Shown: positions 42,036 through 53,204 of the stretch, piece after piece
How positions within the stretch are numbered: the stretch's first letter is position 1
Layout of the letters: every line of letters begins with the position of its first letter
NCBI GenBank assembly: GCA_964016885.1
Contig: OZ024741.1
Location: forward strand, 392,212,001 to 392,276,000
Reading direction: 5' to 3'
Source of the DNA: Eledone cirrhosa
Taxonomy: Eukaryota
DNA: 64,000 bases
The notes under the pieces: model-generated
The model's database searches: none
Told to the model about the DNA's origin: nothing
Seen by the model: only the letters and a program-made list of their open reading frames with translations
Program-made: the position numbers and the translations under genes

Positions 42036-42086
42036 AGTTTAAGCAAAGAATCGCTGCTTTCACCCTTAACGGGATCTTCTGAAACT
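42036..42086 (-). ncRNA. Degenerate type I hammerhead-like motif
   Basis: agttt-CAGAAGA-tccc(gttaa)gggt-GAAA-gca(gcgattctt)tgc-TT^aaact. All three stems are present, but U4 is changed to A and the first stem II pair is mismatched. Confidence 0.45.
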
Positions 42087-42502
42087 AACAAAGTCAATCT
42101 GTAAACGCAGAGGAGGAGAGAGTTAGTTAGGCAGGTAGTAGCAGCAGCAGTGGAAATGGCATGCTAGGTCGAATAGACTATGGTGTGTGTGGGGGTAGGG
42201 GGAGGGAACTTGTGAGGTAGGAACTGAGGGTCGCATGGTAAATAACTGAGAGAGATACAATAGAATTAGAATACCGCATGGTAAATATCCAAGTTAATAC
42301 TACATCAGTAAAATTAACAATAATAACGTCATGAAAACTACTAAGAAAAACCCTCGAAAATTTATCGCTAATACAGCAGGGAACATCATTAATATTAACA
42401 ACAATATGTAGGCTAAAATACCTTCGGAGATTAGTAAGGATGGATGGATGGCTGGAACAATTGGAATCAACTCTAGTGATACATTTTAGCAGAGAAGAAT
42501 GT

Positions 42503-42700
42503 TTAGATATACATATATATGTTTAGATATATATATATTTGTATAGATATATATATGTATAGATATATATATGTATAAATATATATATATATGTATAGAT
42601 ATATATATATATGTATAGATATATATATATATGTATATATATATATATGTATAGATATATATATATGTATAGATATATATATCTGTATATATATATATAG
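42503..42700. repeat. (TA)n/(TAGA) microsatellite
   Basis: Direct reading. Confidence 0.9.
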
Positions 42701-43074
42701 CTTTCACTGTATTTTTTTTACTAAAGAAATTTTAGCCTGATAGTGGGGTTTAGAACCCTCAGAGAAATGGAAAAAGATGAGTACTGACGTATATGGGAGT
42801 CAAACCCTCATCTTTGGTTATCCAGACCTCTGTGCTACCATTACACCAACACATCATCCATCTCCTTCCATTCAAATTAGAAGCTACATTGTTAGCAAGT
42901 ATGATGACAAGTATGTTTTGAAACAGCGAACAATTTTAATATTAGAAAATAGAAGCTTTCACCGTATTTTTTGACTAAAGAAATTTTATCCTGATAGTGG
43001 GGTTTGGAACCCTCAGAGAAATGGAAAAAGATGAATATTGACGTACATGGGAGTCGAACCCGCATCTTTGGTTA

Positions 43075-43460
43075 TCCAGGCCATCGTCGCGGTATATTCC
43101 CGTGTGGAAGTCCGGGAATCTAACACGTAATATGTCTAAGATAAAAAGGCCAACCAAGTCACATACGTCAGCACTGTCAAACGATCCCATGGAGACGTCG
43201 AATAGTTCTGAAGTGGTTGACTTCTTTGCCCAGGCTACTCCGTTGTTGAAGAGGAGGGTTTTCCGGCAGTGAGCGATGATTTTCCTGTCTAAAACATGGA
43301 TGGTAGTGTAAGTCGTAGCAAAGTCCAAAGCTTTGTTTAACAGCGTCTCTGAGATCGGCAGATAAAAATTTACAATGTTGAATTGCGTGAACTTCGCTTT
43401 TGGGGATTTGAAGGAGTTAAACCACTTAATTACATTCTCCCACTGGGACAGGTTGGACTT
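43075..43460 (-). mobile_element. Penelope-like reverse transcriptase fragment
   Basis: FTQFNIVNFYLPISETLLNKALDFA...FDVSMGSFDSADVCDLVGL...GIYRDDG correspond to the PLE RT motifs FDIxxFYPSI, MGS and YRDD. Confidence 0.85.
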
Positions 43461-44014
43461 GGACTTGGTCCTAACTTTTAGAATCAATTAAAAAAGAAAA
43501 AGAGCAATGTGAGACTTTATTCTAAAAGTATTATTATAAATATCAAAATATGGAAATACCAAATGCCAAAAATAACTGCAACAACAGTTGATTGTTATAA
43601 ATAATAGCTTGGAAAATTGAGTAAAAAAGAAAAGTGGCTAGTAGTGAGTAGTAGTCATTTTTTTTTTGTCTCTAAGGGTACTTTACCTAATTTTCTACGC
43701 TATTATTTATAGCGAATCACTGTTATGATTAATTTCTGCATTTGGGTTCCCCACATTTTCAAACTTCAAATCACCCAGCACTTCAATAATTCATAAGATT
43801 TAATTACCATGAACAATAGTTGACGCATGAAGAGCGTAATTAACCAAACAGAAATTGAACTATATTAATTTCAAAATACATTTACAATAGCATAATGACA
43901 TGAAGAAAGGAAAGAAAGAAAATAAAAAATGAAAACAATTGCATGTAGTCACATTGAAATTCTGTAAATAGTTATATTTATGTACTCTCTGACTTAAATG
44001 TAGACACTTTTTAA

Positions 44015-44335
44015 CAATGTTTCCCAACTTTTTGTGCACCATGCCCCACCTCAACATCTCAAAAATTGTTATACCAGCCTTCCCTTGATTTGAAAACAAC
44101 AATAATCAACTGCAAAGTGTAAACAAATTGGCATATAGGTGGTGCCAGATGCACAATAACATGTGTAGAGGAGACAGGAGTTTCTGACAGTAATTTGTTC
44201 CAAAGTTGCCTTGGTGTAAAAGTAATATGATAAAACCTGAAGTTTGTTCTCATTAACATCATTTTCAAATTGTCCCCCTTAAATATTCAAATTGACCTCC
44301 CTGTAGGAGTGTGCTCTACACATTGGGAATCTCTG
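44015..44335. mobile_element. hAT-like MITE
   Basis: Imperfect TIRs CAATGTTTCCCAA / TTGGGAATCTCTG. Flanking 8-mers CTTTTTAA / CCTTATAA resemble a decayed 8-bp TSD. Confidence 0.5.
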
Positions 44336-44876
44336 CCTTATAAACATCCAGGATGTTTTGATCAAAACTAAATGTTTAATTATACATATCACTCAGCATA
44401 TGATGTAATTTGTTGTGTATGTTATCATATGTATGAGTATAATCTGATTATACGACTGTTTTACACACATAACATTCTACTGAGGAGGAGAGTGTTTTTA
44501 TTAGTGATAGTCTATGTTAGCATAAATCAAATTGGAGGAAATATATACCGAAGAAATGTAGTTTGGTGTTGTAGGAGTTGAAGTCAAAACTAAGATTTTG
44601 AATTGATTCTGTTATTTCTTCCTTGAAGAATAGTCCATTGATTCTGTTATTAGCTCATCACTGTACACATTCTCTGATTTTTTAGATTACAGTTGAGTTT
44701 ATTCAGCCATACACATGTAATGACAAAATATTCTTGTATTGCTTAGCTGTGTAAGCATGAGATGAAATATAGATGATGATGATATTGATGTTTATCATAA
44801 CAATTTTTTACTATGGAGGCTTTCCTATTCTGATTGTGTTTTTGTAATAACAAAAAATAATTTTTATTTGGAAAAG

Positions 44877-45001
44877 GTGTCGACCAGTCTGCCAATATCA
44901 TTCTGACTTACAAGGATGGTTCAAGAGCCTGTTTGTCCTATAATACTGCTTTGACAGGAAGAAATGATGCATATATCTATGGAACTGAAGGCAGCATTTA
45001 T
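44877..45001 (+). CDS. DHDH: DHDH-like, next exon
   Basis: aag| acceptor and |gtaaga donor. Phase 1 in, phase 0 out. Encodes (G)VDQSANIILTYKDGSRACLSYNTALTGRNDAYIYGTEGSIY, homologous to GVDDTVTVLLQY...SNTASVSGTKG. Confidence 0.88.
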
Positions 45002-45196
45002 GTAAGAAATATTTTTATTTAGGGATGAATCATTTTTTCAAATAAATTGATTGTTAGTTATTCAAGAATTAAATTTAACAGATGTCATAACTGTTGGGTT
45101 AAATCTGAAACTTATTAAACAAATTTATTGTGTTAAATTTAACCTTTAAGTTAATTTACTCCTTAACTTATTGGACGTAATCCAACATCTATAATA

Positions 45197-45269
45197 TACT
45201 GGGTCGTCAAGTATGTAATTTGTAGAAATTTATTTTTTGTCTACAAATTTCATACTTGACGACCCAATA
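45197..45269. mobile_element. 73-bp palindromic mariner-type MITE (hairpin) in a DHDH intron
   Basis: 30-nt arms (including terminal TA) match at 28/30 around a 13-nt spacer. Confidence 0.75.
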
Positions 45270-45328
45270 GTAGTCAAGAAAATTAATCTAACATGCTTTA
45301 ATGTAGATATTTGTTCCTGTTTTAACAG

Positions 45329-45479
45329 ATACATTCACCGTTTTGGAGTGCCAACAAAATTGTAGTGAATGGAGAAGAAAGGAACTTTGCACTCCCCAAG
45401 ACTGATGCTAAGTATAATTACCCCAATGGTTCTGGGATGGCTTATGAGGCTGAATGCGTCCGTCAATGTCTAGAGAAAG
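45329..45479 (+). CDS. DHDH: DHDH-like, penultimate exon
   Basis: ttttaacag| acceptor and G|gtaagt donor. Encodes IHSPFWSANKIVVNGEERNFALPKTDAKYNYPNGSGMAYEAECVRQCLEK(G), homologous to ...[22 protein letters not shown]. Confidence 0.92.
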
Positions 45480-46119
45480 GTAAGTGACTTTTATAACTGC
45501 TACCATATATCTGGATAAGTGTTGAAAAACTACTACACCACTGCCACTACTACAACTTCTGCTGAGCAGTGACAACAAACAAACAAAAAAAAGTGTCCTT
45601 CAAACAAAATCCTTAGCAATATTTGTTCTGCAGTAAATTACAGATACTTTCTTGTCACTTTCATTGCCACAAATATAGTGAACCAGTGGTTAGTCCATAA
45701 AAACCTGCAACCAATGATGTTATTGTTCTGTATTTGTGATATAACATACACAAATAAGTCTTTTAATGTACCTAGACATATGTATTAGTCACCACAATGT
45801 GTGATATACTTTTATGTGTAATATCATTTCATAGGATGATCTAGTTGCTTCACAAGTCCTGATGCTACCATTAACAATACCTTCAATGAAATCGTTTCCT
45901 GTCCTGTTGTCACAAGAAATTGAAGCAAGGTTTTACAGCTGGGTTCCCTTCCTATTGCCAACACAGTTGCTGAGTAACTGGGTATCATTGTTTATGGGAC
46001 CTCCACTATATACATATAAAAACATTAAAAAACATATACATATGTACACCTTATTGGATGACCATTGACTCTTCTGAGTTCCTCCATCCTTTGAGCAATA
46101 CTAAATACCCTAATGTACC

Positions 46120-46580
46120 TAGTGTTATGTAGTTTGTAAATGAGGTTGGCGTTAGGAAGGGCATTCAGTTGTAGAAACCAAGCCAAAATCAGTTCTGTAT
46201 GTGCAACACATGGTCACCTGACATGGCATTGCTCACAACAGAATAACTTGTCTAACCCATGTCAGCATGGAAAAGTTAAATGGTGATGATGATGATGATA
46301 TATATATATCAGTACACACTGTAAAGTGGTTGGTGATAGGAAATGCATCGAGTCACAGAAAGCTAACCAAACAAATGATTGGTAGGATCTTTCAGTTGTG
46401 TTAAAGACATGACAACTTCTCCTGTGCACTCAGTAGAACATAAAACTGTCCGTAGACAAGATGTAGACCCGCCAGTCTGTCTGGGAGGTCAGTAGCCCCA
46501 CTTCAGTACTGATTTGGTCTATGTAGACCCATCAAACCTTTGCTAGCAGGGAAAGTAGGTGTTAAGTGATGATGATATAT
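46120..46580 (+). mobile_element. Two decayed RTE/SINE 3'-tail fragments
   Basis: GTTGGCGTTAGGAAGGGCAT motif and (GAT)n ends at ~46298 and ~46576. Confidence 0.6.
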
Positions 46581-46809
46581 GATAAGTTTCTGTAGTTTGT
46601 TTTCTAAATTCTACTCATAAAACATTGGTCAATCTGAAGTTATAATGGAAACATTTGCCCGAGGTGCCATGTAGTCGGTGTGAACTTAGAATCATTTTAA
46701 GTAAACTCCTTAATGCCCATAAATTAATTGAATATTTTGTCTTTTTTTTGTTGCTAAATATTTTTGTTTTAATTATTTTTTTCTTATTGTTTCTGTCTTT
46801 TCCTAAAAG

Positions 46810-46910
46810 GTCATCTCGAATGTCCTGATCACAGTCATTCTGATACTTTGGCAATTGCAAGTATAATTGAGGAGGTACGACGGCAACTTAACGAGAATAA
46901 ACAGAACTAA
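46810..46910 (+). CDS. DHDH: DHDH-like, last coding exon with stop
   Basis: Long pyrimidine tract then aag|. Encodes (G)HLECPDHSHSDTLAIASIIEEVRRQLNENKQN* (TAA 46908-46910), homologous to [25 protein letters not shown]. Confidence 0.9.
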
Positions 46911-46940
46911 CCTTTTTGAGGTGATGGTATTGGGAGGATG

Positions 46941-46951
46941 ATTAAAATAAA
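46941..46951 (+). promoter_or_regulatory. Candidate polyadenylation signal (overlapping ATTAAA/AATAAA)
   Basis: 30 nt after the stop codon. The AT-rich context makes chance occurrence plausible. Confidence 0.3.
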
Positions 46952-47011
46952 ATGATGCATTCTACATACTAATATTGATTATTCATGTTGGATCTATGCA
47001 GTTTTCTGGTA

Positions 47012-47207
47012 TATGAGGGTTGGCTGAAAATTTCATTAGTTAACTATGAATGAGTGATGCTTTGAAATTTTGCATGCATTAATTTCAACTCTTCTTATTA
47101 ATAACTACATTGTTTCTTTCTGGGGACTATGTTGTAAAATAAACCTCATTTGGTCATTCCATGAGAGTATCTTCGTCAGCTTATGAACTTTTCAGCTGAC
47201 CCTCATA
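47012..47207. mobile_element. Mariner-type MITE (~196 bp)
   Basis: TIRs TATGAGGGTTGGCTGAAAATTTCAT / ATGAACTTTTCAGCTGACCCTCATA with TA at both ends. Confidence 0.8.
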
Positions 47208-48113
47208 CAGCAGGTGTATGGTTCAATTCCTGCATATTTCATGTGTTTAATATACATTAATTTTGTCTGTTTTGACTAGTACAACATGCAGTATTAAAAA
47301 TATAATTGTGTATTTAAGAATAACATTAATCGTGTTAGTGCTGCACACAGTAGCATGGTGGCTTACCTAACCAAGTGCAAGAAACCCTCAATTGTCATTA
47401 AGTGATCACACATTTCAAGTACAGAGAGCTATTACCAAAATACAACTCAGCAGCTTAGATATAAACACTTCTGAATAGGAAATGATAATGAAGTAGGTTG
47501 AGTAGGCATTTTACTAGCTGAGAAGTGGCTAGACTAAGTAATTGAGGTAGATAGAATAAATGATAAAATTATCAAGCTCAGATTAGTCATAGGTGATAGA
47601 ATGACAACTGTTATCTCCATGTATGCATTACGATCATGACTAAGTATAGAACAGAAAGACTATTTTTATGAGGACCTCTTACCAACGACTTCAATAACAG
47701 TGGTCAGAGACCTCATCAATGTGCTAGGTGATTTAAGTGAGGATATTAAGCAGTACCAAGATGGCTATACTGAAGTGTTATCTATGGATACAGCTTGAGA
47801 AAGGATAAGGGATCAAGGCTCTTAGAATTCAGTGATGTAAATGACCTAACTATTTGCAACACTAACAGTCAGCCAGTTGATCACATACCAATCAAGTAAA
47901 CCAGATGCTAATGAATACTGTCCTTTCCCAGAGAAGAACACACCACCCAACACAAATTAGTTGTTAGTAACATCAAAATAAAAATTAGATAGAATTAGAA
48001 ATGGAAAACAATCATGAAAAGCAGGATATGGAAGCTAAAGGACCTCTCTGTTAAATATTGATTTGGAAAGGCTCTGTGTTGTGTATGAGAGATGGGGATA
48101 AAATGTATATATA

Positions 48114-48742
48114 TCATCATCAACGTTTAATGTCTATCTTCCATGCTAGCATATATATATATATATATATCATCATCATCGTTTAATGTCCATCTTCCAC
48201 GCTAGCATGGGTTAAACGGTTTTGTTCGATTTGATGCAGGAATGGTCGGGAGACCGTGTCTCGCTCGTACGGAAGTGTCTCTGGCAGGTTTTTTACGGCT
48301 GGATGCCCTTCCTAACACCAACCACATTTACAGTGTGGACTGGGGGCCTTTTTACCGTGTCTCCTACACGGCCACTTTACAGTGTGGACTGTTGTGTCAT
48401 CGACACAGTGGACGGAATGGAAATGGGAGGATGGGGTAGGGTGTGTGAGGTGTATATTGGGTTAAGAGGTGCCTACTGACAGTAGGTTTGTATGTAAGGG
48501 AAGGCAGTTCTTCTGTACAATTGCATGGCGCTAAAGATCTCAATCCAGTGACATTGTCTTAGAGAGGTGTAAGTGAGCAAGGTCAGTTTTTATGACCTTG
48601 TCCAAGGTTTTTCTTGGTCTACCCACTCTGTAGCTTCCATCAATTTTCATCATTGCCCTGCACTTTTTTATACAGCTGTCATCCTTCATACGCATCACAT
48701 GGCCATACCAACGCAATCTCCTCTCCAGAACACAACATTTGA
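48114..48742 (-). mobile_element. RTE 3' fragment with duplicated terminal tail separated by (TA)n
   Basis: Tail CATCATC..GTTTAATGTC.ATCTTCCA.GCTAGCAT occurs at ~48114 and ~48171. Reverse strand encodes RRLRWYGHVMRMKDDSC. Confidence 0.85.
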
Positions 48743-50460
48743 TATATATGAAATAGAGGGCAAATGGAAAGTTCCATGTGCCAACTGACTGATGAGAACT
48801 GTGGCGTCAGAAAGACACCAGCCAGATGAAAGGAGACTTGGTGTTGGAACAGTACTGTAGGTAGAGCCATTAAAACTAAGAGATGCATAGACAGACTGGA
48901 AAGAACTCTACCAAGTAAGTAAAAGAGAAGCTAGAAGGCAGGTTTACTTAGCATATAGAGAGAAGCAGAAAGCAAGAGGTTTTGTGACATGAGAATCAAC
49001 AGCGTGAAATGTTTCACATTGTGAAGCAATGTGTTGGTGTTAATTGGGATATTGGGAAGAAATGTGTTTGGAATGACCCGGGCATACTCAATCTCAATGT
49101 TGCTCAGAAGAAAGAGGTCAAGAAACACTAGTACGGGATGATAATTGTGAAGACTGAGTGAAGTATAAGTCAAGTTAGTCCTCCACGTAGTCAATCAGAT
49201 AATACATGATGTAACAGTATAATCAATTGTTACAAGGGAAAAAGGAGATGCTCCAGAAAGGAGCAACTATGTTAGGCATTAAGCTGATGGATCAAGTTAT
49301 GAAAGTGACAGTGTTCTTCTTCATCCACATTCCTGGAAGTGTCGTGTGGGCAGAGTCCTTGGACATGCCTTCCTGAGAGTCCTATCGGAAGCAACTGTTT
49401 CTAAATGATCTGGCTGGATCCCCAAGCAAAACCAACTGAATTCATTGATGTTATACATCCATCTTGCTCCTGGGTCTCTTGGAAAGAGTACAGTTAATTA
49501 AGGAAAGAATAAAATTAGATGATATGCAGTTTGGTTCTGTACCAGGAAGAAGCACCACAGATGATCTCTTAGTGAGAGATCTTCAAAAGAAGTTCCTAGT
49601 TAAGTGTAAGCCTTTACACTTAGATTCTGCAGATCTGGAAAAGACAGTACCATGGTCTATTCTCTGGAGGTCCTGAAGGAAACTGGTTGTAGATGTGTGG
49701 TTTGTGAGTGCAATACAGGCCATGTATTGGTACTGTTACTAAAGTGAGAGTATGTAATGAGTTTAGTGAAGAATTCAATGTGCAGGTGATTTTCAAGGCT
49801 CATTTCCTACCCCCCTCCTTTTTGTTATAGTTCTCCAGGCCACAACTGAGGAGCTTAAGACTGGCTGTTCATAGGAGTTTATATGAGAACTATATGCTAA
49901 TGGTCTGGTTCCGTAGAAGGGCTTGGGAAAAAATTCCTCCTTTGGAAATAGAACTTAGAATGAAAGGGGCTCAAAATAAACCTAGCTGAGACCAAAGTCT
50001 TAGGAAGGAGTACACTTCTATCAAGGAAGTAGCTGTGTTTGATATGGAGAAAAGGAGCAGTTAGAAATTCTATACAATGTACGTAATGTAAAGCATGGGA
50101 AGACCAGAGATAGAGTGGGATTGTAGGCAGACCAACGGAAAAGATAGACTTTGAATGTGGTAGATGCACAATAATAATAGGTAGTGTGAGCAGCAGTGAA
50201 ATGAACCTTTTCCAATCTTAGGCAGGTACCATAGAAGTAGTTGATAGTTTTTGCAACATAGGTGACCTAATTAATAGTGAAGGGGGGGGGGTTTACCCTG
50301 AAAGTATAGTAGCTAGAATAGAGACATGCTAGAAAAAAGTTTAGGGCGCTACTACTGCTGTTCTCAACAAGGATTTTCTCTGAGAGATATGTGATATTGC
50401 ATGACAGTGGGACATGGCTGCTAAATGCAGAGGATATACCGCGGCTGGAGAGAAATCACA
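48743..50460 (+). mobile_element. Heavily decayed RTE-clade LINE (RT region)
   Basis: KGKKGDA..NY..IKLMDQVMKV, MQFGSVPGRSTTD, KGLKINLAETK remnants with many stops. Confidence 0.75.
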
Positions 50461-50464
50461 GTTA

Positions 50465-50610
50465 CAAGGACCTTGTCTGGAGGACCCCACCAAGCAAGCA
50501 TTATCCAGATACCAGACATTCAGATCCAAGTCAACTCCCATCTTGGTGATGTCATCAATGCCAGTGTGAAAAGTGCAGGTCCGAGTGGGTCACCCTGTTG
50601 GGCCCTTCTA
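50465..50610 (-). mobile_element. Short CRE-like RT core fragment
   Basis: QQGDPLGPALF...DLNVWYLDNACLVG, the same motif type as 53205-55915. Confidence 0.65.
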
Positions 50611-51725
50611 TTATTCATACAAACATTAACACAATAATATGTTTATACTTGTGTGAGTAGATGTGTGTTTCTGTGTTTATATTTATATACTCATACATAT
50701 AAATGTAAATACAGAGCATCACATTGGCTGAAATCAGCGATAAAACAATTTAAAAGAAATAAGATAAATCAACAAGTTTATTCACTCAATTGTAATATTT
50801 ATGTGTGTATAGCAGAGTATAGTATTAAAACTTACACTTTTCTACAGATAGAGATGGTGGTAGTGGAAATTATGTTTATCCAAACTTTTTCTAACTTTGG
50901 GACTTATAAAATATTGCTCCTCATCAGAGCCTTCGAAAGAGATTCTGCAAGGTTGAAGCTTTTGAGCCTCAGGTGGAGCGCGGGAGTTTTCTAAAATTCA
51001 GAAGTGTTGGTAGTTTTTTGTAGTGGGGTGGGGGATGCCAGATATTCATGGGCTCTTCTTTAATGGTACGTGCTCTACTCACCATAAATCAAACACCAGT
51101 ACTGTATCACATGTAGTACAGAAAACTATATTACACTAAGCAAGCATGAATAAAAGAGAGAGAGATAGAATAAAAAGAAATTATTAAAAATTAACAGAGT
51201 CCGAGCTAAAGATTATGCTAGAACAATTTTTTAAAATGTTATGTTTATATGATCCTGAAATTCCGCATGTTGTGTAATTAATTATGTTATATATATATTA
51301 TGCTTGCAAAGGTATTATTAAAAATGTATTCACCAAACTTCTCTTAGTGAGATAAATTTTGCTGACCTGGCTGAGAGAGAGACCAAGAGAGGGAGAGGTA
51401 AGAGAGAGAGACTCAAAGGGGTTGGTGTGTGAAACAGTTGACCACTACATCATAGCTGGTTGATATGAACTCTGCAATTACCTGGATTGACTGGGAGCAG
51501 GCTATTTATCAGTATTCCCTCATTTGACTCCAGGAAACAAGAATAAGCAAATGGCCATTTGCTATGTCAAAATCTCAGACATATTGGCATCTAGAAAACC
51601 GATTTATAGTGGAAACTTATCTACGAGGCCACCAAGGTCAGCTTCTTGGTGGCCGCTTCATGGAGTGAAAGAAACTCTATTAAGGAGAGTATCAAATTAC
51701 TGCTATAGGGCTTCCCCAAACTATG

Positions 51726-51859
51726 CACACTCTAGCTATACCACTGTACACACACTAGCTATACCACTGTATACACTCTAGCTATACCACTGTATACACT
51801 CTAGCTATACCACTGTATACACTCTAGCTATACCACTGTACACACTAGCTATACCACTG
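51726..51859. repeat. 23-bp minisatellite (CACTCTAGCTATACCACTGTATA) x ~6
   Basis: Direct reading. Confidence 0.92.
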
Positions 51860-52683
51860 CAAAGAACCATTGATAAATTTACAAGCAGAATTGTTGGAGT
51901 GTTGAAAAGAAAGCCTTGCACTGTCAGAGCTAAGGCACAGGTTCTAAGACACGAAGCAGTTCAATATCTACTCTTATTTATCATGAGTTCCAATTCCCCT
52001 AATAAAATGCCAGTATGGGTCAGCAGAATTGTTAGAGAATCAAATTAGATGCCTTGCAGTATTTGTTCTGGCTCTTTTGAGTTCTCAGTTAAAAATCCTC
52101 CCAGGTGTTGATTGGCTAGGGCTAATCACCCAACATTAGGAGCACCCTCTCCAACCCACAACAGTCCAGCATTAACAGACAAGTCCTCAAACAGCATAAA
52201 TAAGTTGGTACAGTGGCATAGTTAGAGTGTGTGCCATCCGGGCAGTCTTTGAGTTTACCACTCCATCTCCACCTACATACTCAAATATACAACAGACCCA
52301 AAAGGACTGCTTCCATAAATGTGTCACTTGGAACAGCTCCACCCCCTGTCAGAGTTAGGCTACTGAGTTGGCAACTGCATGCTGAGATTTTCATGCATCA
52401 GTGGAATGAATGTTTGAAGAGACTGTATTTACACAACTAACTCTAAGAAGTTCTTCAAATAAAGTCATTGGTGTATCTGATAAAAAACAATAAAAACATT
52501 AATTGTAATGTGGTTAAAGAATGTTACATTCCTTTTGTGTTTATAAGGTTTTGGCTTCAGCCTTTGATCATACAGTCACATGTAACTTTTTGTAAATTGC
52601 GGCTGTATTTGAATTAAAAAAAAAATGCTGAAATAATCCCATTCATTGCTTTTAATTAGGATTATTTTAAAATCTCGCAAAGC

Positions 52684-53000
52684 CATCATCATCATCATCA
52701 TCATTTAATGTTTGTTACTTCTGCTAGCAAGGGTTGGATGGGTCGTCACAGTCTGTGTCAGGACTCAAACAGAACTACTGATCTCTAAGATGGGCTAGGG
52801 GTCTGCATCTTGCTTGCTTACATTGTTGCACACTACTCGGTGCTCAGGTGAGCCAGAGCCTGCATCTTGCAAGGAGGTTGTCCCGTTTTGACACAGCTGA
52901 AGAGTCCTATCAATTCTTTGTTTGGCAGGATGCCCTTCATATCACCAACCACTTTACAAAGTGTATTGGGTACGTTTTTCATGTAGGTCACCAACATTAG
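52684..53000 (-). mobile_element. RTE/SINE 3'-tail fragment
   Basis: (CAT)n tail followed by GGATGCCCTTC...CCAACCACTTTACA motif. Confidence 0.6.
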
Positions 53001-53204
53001 GGAGATTGACATGTCTTTGACACAGCTGAAGAGTGTTCTTGACCTTTAACATTTATATAATCTCTGCCAGTAACAAACATATAATAAAATATAATTTTTG
53101 AATATCAAATGTTAAAAATGGAGCAGGCTCTAGAACAGAGAAGAATTCAACCAAATATCATTGTTCGAATGATGACTAAAAACATCTGACTGATAAAATG
53201 ACAA

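Noticed and set aside
46916-46938. TTGAGGTGATGGTATTGGGAGG resembling the satellite core, just after the DHDH stop
   Set aside because: Short, gapped, low-complexity match that is compatible with chance.
50885-50930. Third hammerhead candidate (CTGATGA on minus strand)
   Set aside because: GAAA is replaced by CAAA and stems I and III are not supported.
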